Part shown: positions 18,101 to 28,800 of the stretch, one piece after another
Numbering within the stretch: position 1 is the first letter of the stretch
How the letters are laid out: each line of letters starts with the position of its first letter
DNA from: a virus
Taxonomy: Duplodnaviria > Caudoviricetes
Virus record (IMG/VR): IMGVR_UViG_3300024549_000205
Span: 1 to 64,000 of that record
Reading direction: 5' to 3' (one strand)
DNA: 64,000 nucleotides
Translations under genes and position numbers: made by a program
Notes under the pieces: model-generated
Seen by the model: only the letters and a program-made list of their open reading frames with translations
The model's database searches: none
What the model was told of the DNA's origin: nothing

Positions 18101-19874
18101 TCAAGAATGATTTACCTACAGTTACTAAAGGTTCGAAGTTTAATTTAACATGTAAGTTACGAATAGCAGTGCTTAACTTATTGATTTCTAAGATTTTAGT
18201 ATATCTATCTTCAGGAGATACTGGTTTCTTATATAGTTTTTCCCATTGCTCTCTCAATGATTTTACAAGAGAATCAATTTTTGGGTTACCTGTGCTCTCT
18301 GAGTTAATAGGAACTGGAAGTAAGTATAGATTTGTTTCTTCTAATGAATTTAGTTTACCTATTTCCATAGATGTAGGAGCAGAGAATCCACTTTCAGGTT
18401 TTCCTTCAACTGCATAGTTGTAGTTGATAACAAATGGAATCATCCTCGCTTTTCTTAATTGAGCAGGTTGTAATCCATAGTTATATAAAATCTTAGTGTA
18501 CTCACCCATCTGAGCTTTCCAGTCTTTCTGTTTACCCCAGTGAATATCTTCATCCACACTTTTGTTTACAGATGTAGTTTTCCAGTCAAGGATATCCACT
18601 TTAATATCATCTGTTCCATCTTCTTTTTGATAAGGTTCAAGAGCCATGAAATCAACTGCAGATGCAAGTTTACCTTTCACTCTCTGATTAACCACCTTAG
18701 CTTCTAATATGAAACGTGTACCTGGTTTGTAAGAGCTGATGAGCTCTGTAGCAAATGCTTCTATTCTTGTTTGAACTTTAGGATCAAGTTTAGTTGCTAT
18801 AGCATTGGTTAATGCTACATCTCTTTTATATCCATCTTTATCTATAAGATTGTTAGTTACAAATTTATATATATAATCATGTATTTCAGTTCCCCAGTCT
18901 TTCTTCTGATCATCTAAGAACTTCTGAAGATCAGTTCTATCAGGAAGAGTTTTTTTAAGTGATGCTGTTACAGAAGGAATTTGTTCAGGTAGATCATCAA
19001 GAACATAATGTCTTGGTATTTTTTTACCTGACTCATCTGTTGTTTCATCCACCACTTTTAATCTATTACTAAAATCTATAACTGTATCGTAGAGTTTATC
19101 TACAATAGAGTTTTTAACTTGATAGAATATACCACCATTAGTAATATTAGAAACTACTCCACCTACATTAGCAGATAACACTTTACGTGAAGTTTGTTGG
19201 AAGATATCTATATTAGATTTTCTATATTGTCCTCTGATGAAATCAAGAATAGTATCCCACCATTTTTGTACCATAGAACGTTCTGTTTCAGCCATTAGTT
19301 CAGGAAACTGTGTAGAGCCTTCAGATTGATTGATAATTAATTCAGCTATAAGTTTATCTACAGCTTCTTTTTTTATCTTTCTAATATCTGGTTTTCCATT
19401 AGCTAACTGATACGCTTTCTTTCCTTTATATGCTTTTAATGTTTCATCATAGATTTTAAATCTAGTAATTTTAGAAATCATTTCTGTAACAAGCTTTGGA
19501 TTAGTTTGTTCTAATATAGCTGTAGCAATGTGCACCACCTCTTCTGTTAAAGTGTATCCTTCCATTCCTTGAGCAATAGCTATTACTCCTTTAATAAGAT
19601 CAGCAAGACCATTGACTCCTTTAGTATCTATATCAGGATTACCTTTAGAATAATCTTCTAAAGTTACAATATCTAAATCCATTTGCTTAGCAACATCTTT
19701 CATCATAGCCACTGTTTCATTAGAAGCTTTTGATGCAGGATGTTCAGTTTGAAAATATTCTTTTTGAGGAACTTCCCCTTCGTAAAATTCCCAAAGATAG
19801 TGGGCCATGTTTTCACCTCTGGCAGTCACTAAGGACTGCCATTCTTGTGAACTAGTATTTATACAACTTATCAT
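15123..19874 (-). CDS. Large virion cargo/ejection protein with degenerate zincin and PD-(D/E)xK nuclease-like domains
   Basis: 1583 aa directly downstream of the RNAP gene; TLTEEVVH; WGTEIH...E...AVDFM...ILDWKT...QMGEY. Confidence 0.7.
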   Translation of the reverse strand: MISCINTSSQEWQSLVTARGENMAHYLWEFYEGEVPQKEYFQTEHPASKASNETVAMMKDVAKQMDLDIVTLEDYSKGNPDIDTKGVNGLADLIKGVIAIAQGMEGYTLTEEVVHIATAILEQTNPKLVTEMISKITRFKIYDETLKAYKGKKAYQLANGKPDIRKIKKEAVDKLIAELIINQSEGSTQFPELMAETERSMVQKWWDTILDFIRGQYRKSNIDIFQQTSRKVLSANVGGVVSNITNGGIFYQVKNSIVDKLYDTVIDFSNRLKVVDETTDESGKKIPRHYVLDDLPEQIPSVTASLKKTLPDRTDLQKFLDDQKKDWGTEIHDYIYKFVTNNLIDKDGYKRDVALTNAIATKLDPKVQTRIEAFATELISSYKPGTRFILEAKVVNQRVKGKLASAVDFMALEPYQKEDGTDDIKVDILDWKTTSVNKSVDEDIHWGKQKDWKAQMGEYTKILYNYGLQPAQLRKARMIPFVINYNYAVEGKPESGFSAPTSMEIGKLNSLEETNLYLLPVPINSESTGNPKIDSLVKSLREQWEKLYKKPVSPEDRYTKILEINKLSTAIRNLHVKLNFEPLVTVGKSFLNNARTSLDDFAKIDYNTISKEELDKKLGDLIEYGVSAVKFTSMDQVFLSEYTREGMTDDNKKILKELEHIASMAGRMLNEISELQNQYAVHLGIKEGVTTEETKTTILKAEKEIDGFAKTFLEGSKLSAKIIKLASNMLMNANSLVNIEFSRKMKEYEKLLIPLEKEAAARGVNAFDLIGTMSPTGLNLIRKFDVAFWNKLKDAREKRDKDFFLKNMNIEEYDKLSKAAIDKGLTDLDKTVFSNDQEEDSLQRTWRKAKLRDSLDIHSEYFDGYDNYRFKQLFRETMIEDGKYSKEYEDLRKNKAAHDVWQFFSDLNAKARQMGYLDKQGSSFFPLIEATILQKFAQTNDVTAQAKESLWTDFYQTRINEGQNLSKIDPETGKVRKSIPKYFTQTDKAVNQLSTDLNKVGAMWVKSLLEYESSKNLENTLLTLHAVEKSKGSLIVENGVVQFTDGELSVNESENKNADILQVIIEDGLYKLGQDLGSLGNVGFATFGEKFGKTEEEKEAKTVNAKKLLSNADTLTRSLAVGLKPLIAIANFIGYNFQAFVNGGTMYSFAEFQKNNLKVVTGKGFTVIQKGLLDLIVPLNEDVTTEERRKIAKKQGLGKYLSTWTFTDVMMSTNSFAERRLQMGNALSIIDNSMVVDGKIVNIVQYLKQQDRNARKELSESERKALEKSFNERVKELKESSSLDKVATIENDEVIIPGVSDSELAKFRTSIIEYGRKLNGQMNEDNKAGYRRDTIFSSFMMFKNWMPKLVAEHTLGIDKNAELDKWEYGRTRAFVKTWQHVGFRNISKMRAIITGTDEGLQILNEMLEAKKLDYFRKTGQELEITEEEFQDLIREQIGNQMKELYLLFGMMSLVLAAKAAEPPEDATEEEKNRYKWYLKLVNKVSDEITFYYNPLSFESMTKGSVIPSLGLLSRATQVFWYTGREMYGQVSGDEEMIEKSHPTKYFFNMIPVAAQFQNELLPYLYPELAKEQGIRVTGESRSR

Positions 19875-19875
19875 A

Positions 19876-22800
19876 TTAACAAATTTCTTTTCTAACTTCT
19901 TTTAATATTTTCCCAATTTCTTCATTACTATATCCAAGTTTAATTAACATGTCTATACCAATGTCACTTAAGTTATAAGACTTACCATCTTTTAACACAC
20001 GCTCTTTGGTTGATCTTGGTGCTTCTACCACTGGTTCAGCCACTGGAGCAGGAGCTTGAGGGTCGTTGTTTATACTTCCATTGTCATTATCAAAACCAAA
20101 CTCTTGTAAAAGTCTTTGTTTTAAATATGCATATGTCTGAGGAGCTTTTTCTTTTAGCTGTGCTAAACCTGTACCCAATCCATCTTTAGGCATCACTACA
20201 GTTTTGCCTGTTGCTTTGATTTTAGCTATGTCACCATCAATGATCTGTCTGTTCTTGATTAAGTCTTTGTCTGACATAAAAGCAGCTTCATCCATCGAAG
20301 GAGTAATTTTTGTAGCTATTCCCATAGCGTTAGGATTGTTTCTGATTTGAGCTTGGCCACCCATTCCAACTCTTTGAGTGTTATCTCCAAATACATAAAT
20401 CTTATCTGGATTAGCTTGTACGTCAGCAACAGAATATCTGTCTACCACTTCTACATTTTTAGTTGGTTGGATTGTAGCTACCACTGGTGTTGTTCCTAAA
20501 AGAGCCAATTCAATTTCACTATCTTCTACTTCTCTCATCACCTTCATAAATCCATTGTCTAATACAGATGGTCTAGATACTGTTGAGTTAGGATCCAAAG
20601 GAAACTCTTTACCGTAAAACTCTTGAGCTCTATATGAATCACCCCAAGCATTAATCATTTTGTATACATAGTTTAGGTAGGTTCTTTCAACTCCATTTTT
20701 ACCTTTGAATGTAGATTCTTGTATTAAAGGAACTCTTTTACCTTCATCATTTATTTTGTATACCTTTTTGAATAATCCTTTATTGACGTGAGAAGTATCT
20801 CCAATTCTTCTAGCCTTAATTCTTTGAGCTTTTGTAATTTGTCCTTCGTAAGAATATGTCATGAAATCACTTCTTCCTTCTCTTGAACGAATTGGTATTA
20901 CAACCATTTCAGGAAGTTCTCCATTAAGCATCTTCTTCTCTAGTTTCTTACTTAAGAATTGTCTTTCTGGGTAGTACCAATTTCCAGGAGTTGCTTTACT
21001 TTCTTGCAATCTTCCTTTCTTAAATACAACAACGTTAGTGTTATTCCAGTTGCTTCTCTCCATTGTATCTAACGTTTTAAAGTCCGCTAAGTTAGGGATA
21101 TTTTCTAAATTAGACAACGTTTGGTTGTAAAATTCTTTAAAATCATCATAAGGAAGAAGGTTAGTAAATGCAATAGGAGAGTTTGTAAGTCCTGATTGTA
21201 TTACAGCAAGTCTAACAAGCTTACCATAAAGATCTTTGTTCTCATCACCAAGCTTTTCTTTTAACTCATTGAATCCATAGATGATCATGTTTTGGTCATA
21301 CACCTTAGCGTCTTTACCTTTGATAGAGATGTTATCTGGACTAGCAATAAACATATTCATCATTTTTCTAGATTCCTTAGGTGCATATCCTAACTTCATC
21401 AATAACTCAAGACTTATATTTTCTCTTTGATATACATTACCATCTTTTAGTTTATATTCATCCAATACAATCTTTTTACCACTTTCTAATTGTAATGATT
21501 TAAGAATCATGTTGTTATGTAAAGGATGTGTTTCATCTTTTAACACCTTATCTCTAAATTCAATAATTTGTTTAGCAGCACTCTTTTCTGTTGAGTTACC
21601 TAATAATATTTTCTTAACTGAGTTGTTAAGTTTTCTATCGTTCTGTACAGCCCAGTCAAAAAGATCATTCACTGCTTTCTGAGAAATCTTAATAAAATCT
21701 CTATCACTCATTTCTGTATAAGGAGCTAACACTTGTTCCATCACCTTTCTGACATTCTTTTTATCAGAGATTAAGATTTCAGCAAATGCATCACGTACAC
21801 CATATATAACATTAGCAAGCTCACCTACAAAAGAGTTCTTAAGAATACTATCTACAGCAGGTACCACTTCATTCTTTTCATTTATAGAAGAAAACATCGT
21901 TCTTTGTGCTTTAGCAAGTTGCATTTGTTTCTTGAATACTAAATATGGATCATTGATTGTTGCAGTGTCAAAATTAGATCCTTGTGTAACTTGGAACATA
22001 TGACTAGCCATCATAGCGTATTTTAAAAACTCATCTAATATATAATTCTGTTGAGCTAACTCTGAAGGACTCATTTTCTCAGGAGATTTACCCATCATGT
22101 CATACAAATCTGTCTCATTAGGGATTCCATTTACAACAACATTGTCCTCTGTTAAATAATCATATTTAACATCATCAACAAATTTTTCAATGAACAACCA
22201 TGAGTATCCATTGTTTTGGATTGTTCTCAAGTAATCACGGATGATTGGTTGGTTCATGAAATAACCTACTGTGTTAATAGGCACACCAAGCTTAACTAAG
22301 AATAACCATGTAGAAGCTACATTAGGAGTAGCTCCCATCTCCATAATCCAAGGACCTTTGGAGATATCCACATATCCATCGATAAACTGTCCAATAGTAT
22401 CAGAGATGTATGTTTTGTCATCAGCACTCTTTATTTTAGATAGAGTGGCACGTTTAACTCCATTAACCATAACTGAGTTGTACTCATTGAAGTTAATTTG
22501 ACCATCACCTAACCATCCTGCATCTACTGGATCAACTGTTGTTTTTATTTTAACTGGATCTACATAAATAAGACTACGTTGATTTTGAGCATGGTTAGTT
22601 TGATTCACCGCAGCAATACCAATTGCATACTTACCTGTAACAAACGCATGTCTCAAGTTAGTCATAAATGCTCTACTCAACATGTTACCTACAGCACCAT
22701 AGTCAATCTTAGTTCTACCAAGTTTATCATTAATCTTATCAGTTAATTCTTTAAGATCATCTGCAGAGTTAGGTTTAATTAAGTTATCAAAGTTAAGGTC

Positions 22801-25800
22801 GTTAGAAATTAACTTCTGTAATGATTGGATGTATTCATTCTCTAATGACTGTCTGTAAAGATCATTAATTACATCTTCTCTTTGTGTTGAGTATTGTTCA
22901 GGGAAAATAGCTTCCATTAATCTATCTTCAGCCTCTCCTTTGGAAAGAAGTTTTTTAGAGTTTAAGTACTCATTAAATTCTCCAGCATCATACATTTTAC
23001 CAAACTTATCAATGGCTTCTTGACCTACACCTAAGTAAGGAACCACTTTAGGTTTTTTGTCATTGCTAGGATATATGTTTTTCAAATAGATTGACAACTT
23101 ATCAATATCAAAATCCGATCCAGCTTTCATAACAAGTTCTGAAGGAATAACAACTGAGTCTTTATATCCTTCAGGTAAGAACTTAGCTATCTCAAATACA
23201 TCAATAGAGTTTTGTTTCTGTGTTGGAATACGGAATGCCACACCCATAATAGCTTCAAACTCTTTCTTGCCTTCTGGATCATTATTGAAATAATTAATAA
23301 GCTCCTCATCAGACATATCTGATTTAAACCATTTACCCACCATTAACTGACAAACATTTATTGTCTTACCGTTCTCATTTCTAGTGTAGAACTTAAGTAG
23401 GTTAGAGCTATAAACATTCTTACCTTTAACTACTTGTTGCCCAGGTCTTTCTGATTCTAATAATGTAGAAGGAATCTGTACCTTCATACCTCCAGATATC
23501 TTAGGAGATACAACGTTCTTATCAGCAATAGAGTAAAGAATGTTTCTGATTTGTTGGTATGCAGGAGTAGCCTCCAATACAACATCTCCAGACTTAAATC
23601 CTTTTAGTGCATCACTGATGTTATCATTCACTTCTCGTTTCAAGATCTCATCTCTCAACGTGTCAGTTAGTTTATTAATATTACTTATTATGAATCCATC
23701 AGCAGTTTTTGTTATACCAAGTTTCTTAAGAAGAGATTTGTATCCATACTCTATCTTAGCATTTAACATGTCTTGGTTATGCTTAATGTCTTTGTATAGT
23801 TCAGACTCTTTTAGTTTTTGCTCAGGAGATAGTTTTATCCATTTAATGAATCTAGCATTGAAATCTCCGTTATTAACATCAAAGTCAATTGGCACACCAG
23901 CTTCCATAAAGTCTAATGTAGCAAGTTTAGTCACCTGAGATCCTTGTGTTACATAAGCTGCATCTTTAGAAGGAACTTCTGCTTGTACACCCATAATAGC
24001 AAACGGTATGTTTGATACTGCTTGTTTCTCATAGATGTTAATACCAGCATTAGCATCTTCGAATGGTGTCTCATCGAACTTACCTTTTTTATCATATAAA
24101 GGAGATATCTTCTCAGCACCCACTTTACTTCCTGATTCAAAAACAGCATAGTCAATGTTCTCTTTCTGCATCTTGTCATACAACTTGATAGCATTAGAGT
24201 CAGGATTCATTTTGTGAAGTAGTCTGAATGATAGAGGAAGTAATGCAAACTTATGTAGTACAACATCATTGTAATCTCTACCATTAGCTTTATTACCAGA
24301 CACAATAGGTTTTCTAGGAGTGTATGTACTCGCTACCTCAGGACTGTTTCTATCAAATTTTTCTATCTCTCTCTTACTAGCTCCTGATCTAACAAGATCT
24401 TCGTACGCCATATCATGTCGATATTGAGCTTCATTAGCTTCAGTCCATTCTCCAGAACGTATTCCAAATACACGATTGGCTTTTAACATAATGTATCCAC
24501 CACCATCAGTTTCTTTATATGGGTCATAATCTTTAAGATCACTAACACTCAATATATCTCCAAGAGTGATTGTTCTAAAATAATCTAATGTCATATCAGT
24601 GTAACCAGCATCTCCAGGTTTGAATCCTTTGTTATAGATTTCATTAAGAGCAGCATTTACATCTTGTGATCCTACTAAAAGAGCTTGTCTAGGAGAGTTA
24701 AAGTTTTTAATACGTTTCAACTCATCAGAATACTGATAAGGGTCTGAATATAATAACTTGTGCATCTCGATGTTAGCTATCATATAATTGATAGACAACA
24801 CTTGAAGTTGGTCTCTTAAAGTTTTTTCATTTAATTCTAACTCATTATCAAGTTTGATATCGTCAATAGTTAATCCTTCGCTACCATAGTATACAATACC
24901 ATAGTTTTTAAGAAGAGCTTCTGTATCTGCAGCATCTTTTTTAATGAACTCATCTACAGCTTCATTAATTTCAGATCTGAATCCTTTGAATCCTTCTGAA
25001 GGTTTTCCATTGTACAACTCTTCAGCTGTATATTTTCTATAAGCTCCTTTTGTTATTTTATTATTAAGCTCTTCACCTAAAATAGATTTAAAGAAACGTA
25101 AGTCTGTTGGCTTTCTATTTTCATTCTCAACTATATTACGTCCATCTCTAGCAAGTTCCACTTCAGATATAAAATAGTTTTTAAAGATTTCATAGTGATC
25201 TTTGTCAGCATATTCTTCTTTAGTTACGAATGCTAAATCATTGTGCATTTTAACAGCCCATTCAATAGCAGCATCTCCAGGAACAAGATTTAAGTAGTAT
25301 CCATTTAAGTTAAGATTGATTTCTTGAACAAGTCTCTCTTTAGCTGAAAGTTTAGAACTTTCTTTCTTTACACCACGAACTTGATTATCCATACCATCAA
25401 TGTATACAGACTTCATTAAGTCTTGTGTACCAGCAATACGTTTACCTGTTCCTTTTGTAGGATGTAAGTTGAACATCTTCTGCATCATCACACTTCCTTT
25501 AGCAAATACGTCATTACGTAAATATTCGTATTGTTTGTATGCAGGATTGCTTGATAACTCAGTGATGTTATCTAGTTTAGAAAGAATGTTGTGTAATCCA
25601 CTCAACGCGTTCACACCAATATAAGTTTGTGTACGTTCTCCATTCATGTTGAAGTATGTACTCTCGAATTCTTTATTTTCAATAACAGCCTGCACAAGTC
25701 CTAATTGGAATAAGTTTCCTTCTATGTTTAATGCTCTAGGAGTTAAACTAACTATACCTCTAGCAACTTCTCCATTAGCTTCGTCATTTTCAATCTCAGC

Positions 25801-28800
25801 ATCAGTTTTAGCTTTACCTTTATCGTTCAAATCAGAGAAGACTCTTTTTATTCCTTCTACAGCACCTCTAAAAGCTAATGCTTGATTATCAGTTAATCTA
25901 CTTAATGCTTTGATATTGAACTCAATACCTAATTCATTAAGTAACGCTGTATAAGTTGTCAAGTCTGAACCACTCAATGGCATAGACTTAATCTTATCTG
26001 TAGCATAATATCTTCCTGTCTTAGGTTCGTAAGAGAAGAATGTAGAATTAGATTTAATTTTGTCAACCATAGTGTTGGTCATATCACGCTTAGCTTGTTT
26101 AGCTGCACTAGTTAATGTTGAATCACTAACTACTACATCTCCACCAGGCATGATGAATACAGATATAGCATCAGCATTCTGACTCTTCATTGATTTCCAG
26201 AACGCAGTGATAAGTTGCCATGATGACTCATCTAATGATCTAACATCAATTGGTGCAGTAATAGATGATTTTGTAAGTCTTGTGTACAAGTTCTCAAAGT
26301 TAGGATCTCCTTTAGCCATTTCTCTAAGTCTATCCAACATATCATCAATGTTTACAGAATCGAAAAGTTTGTTTTTCAATCTAATAAACACTGAATCAGC
26401 AGGAATAAGAATAGCACCACCAATAGAAGATTTTTCAACTTTCAATTCTCTTTCTCCTTTTTCATTCACACCTACGTATGAAAGAGGAAGAGTTCCTAGT
26501 AATAACTTAACAGCACCGTTTGCTTTTCTGAATGAATCAATCTTTCTAGCATCTCCAAAAGGATCTTCTTTACTTTTCTCAAACTCACTAATGTCAAGCT
26601 CATCATTCTCATCAAACTGTATATTGAATGTTTTAAGCTTCTCTTTGTGTCTCTCAATAATAGATTCCCATTGAGCATCTACAGTGTCATATAATGTTCC
26701 AATATCATTGTATAATTTATCACCTTCTTCTTCAGTAAGACGACCATCTCTCTTATCTTGTTCTATAAGATCTGCTTGATGACCAATCACATCTAGTATT
26801 CTCACATTAAGCATTTCGTAAAGCTCTTTCTGTCTAGGTTTAACTATGTTGAATAAGCTTTCTTTTCTCTTAATAAGATCAGTAAGAGTAATGAATGTCA
26901 TCTCGTCAATTATCTCATGTAACTGAACAGCAGGGATTCCTGTTACTCTCAAATCAGAAAAATCATCAGCTGAAGCATTTTCAATATCAATCACACCCAC
27001 ATTAGCATAAGCTAACTGAGATACATAAGGATTGAATGTATTGTAATATCCATCACCTATCTTGTTGAATAACTCTTTTGTATTACGTTGAGCATCTTTA
27101 CCATAGAAGAATGACTTGATGAAATCAATCAATTGAGAGAACAACTTACCAATCAAACTCTTAGAGGCAATTGATTTACCTAATTTATCATTAAGTACAG
27201 CATCTCTGAATTCCTCAGCAAGTTCTTCTTTGATTTGATGAGCTGTCGCATATTTGTATTCAACTGTTCTACCAGTTTCTCTATCTACGAATGTTCCTTC
27301 TCTACTTGTAAACTCTTTAAGTATGGCTTCTTTTTCTTTTGCATCAGCAAACATTTTCCATACAGCTTCAAATACCTCGTGGTACACAGTACCTACCTCA
27401 GCATTTTCGTATATATAGATAGCTCCATTATGAAGCATACCCCAAGCTTGTTTACCATTAGTAGCTTGAATGATGTTCTTCACTCTGTATACAGGAATGT
27501 TTGGGAACTTCTCACCAATCCATTTCTCTAACTTCTTCCAATCTTCACCTTGGAACTTCTTAGCTTGTCTAGCTACAACAACACGCATTGCAGCATCATC
27601 AGGTTTTTGTCCTCTTTGTCTACTAGCAAACTTACTTGGCTTAGCAGTTTGTTCTGTAGCTGGTGGAGTTACTATTACTTCTTCAGTGCTTTTTAATGTA
27701 GCTAGTTCTGCATTTAATCTATCATTTATTAATTTACTTCCTGAAAAATAATCTCCTAAATAATAATTTAAACCTTTTATTGTTTCAGGTAAAAATTTTG
27801 GATTAAACATATTATCTGCTTTATCTCCTTCAATTACTTCTTTCATTAAGCCAATACCTAATGGACCATATCTTAAAAATGTAACATCATCTTTTCCTTG
27901 TTCAATTTTACCATCTACTTGAAATCTAACTGAAATTTTATTTGTAAGCTTTAAGTTATCAGATATATTTTGATCACGTAATTCAGAAGATTTTTCAACA
28001 GCATCAACTATAGCTTGAACTTTATTTGCATTACCAATATAAATAGTTATATTTTTTCCAGGTTGTCCGCCATCTTTTCCAATTTTATACCCTTTAATTA
28101 AACCTTTAGATTTTAAATCATCTAGAATTTTAATTGTTTCAGTAGCTCTACTTCTAATTTCATCTGCTGGTGTATCATCATTTTCACTTTCAAATTGTTC
28201 AACACCTTTAATTGAAAGATGCATTTTCCAACCTTTGTTTACATCTTTTTCAAAATTATCTATATTACTTTTTAAATTTGGACTTATTACTTCTTCAGTA
28301 CTTTCTAAAGCTGCTAGTTCTGCATCATATTTAGCATTGATTTTATCTGCATTAAGTTCTGCAAGATTATTTGGTAGACCAGAAGGACCTTCTAAACTAG
28401 CAAGCAATGATGCACTATGTTGTGTAGCAATTGGTTCAATATGTTTTGATAATACATCTCTAATTTGATCCTTAGTTAAATTAGGAAAATTATATAACAT
28501 ATATTGTTCAAACTTCTTAGGATCATAAGCTGCGTAACCTTCATAATCATCAGTTATGTAAGGATTGCTTCCTGGTATATCAAATATTCCATCTATAGCT
28601 AATGTTAGTAATTCTTTATCTTGTTCAGATAAAGATGCGTCATCAGAAACTTCTTGTTTTAATTTATTTCTAGTTTCCTCTAACGTATCAAACTGTTCAG
28701 CTACTTTTGTTTTTAAATCTTGTACACCTAACTTTTTATTTTCTTCAAGTTCAGCTTGTCTTCTTTTTTCTATATCAGCTTTCTTATCAGTAACTTCAGG

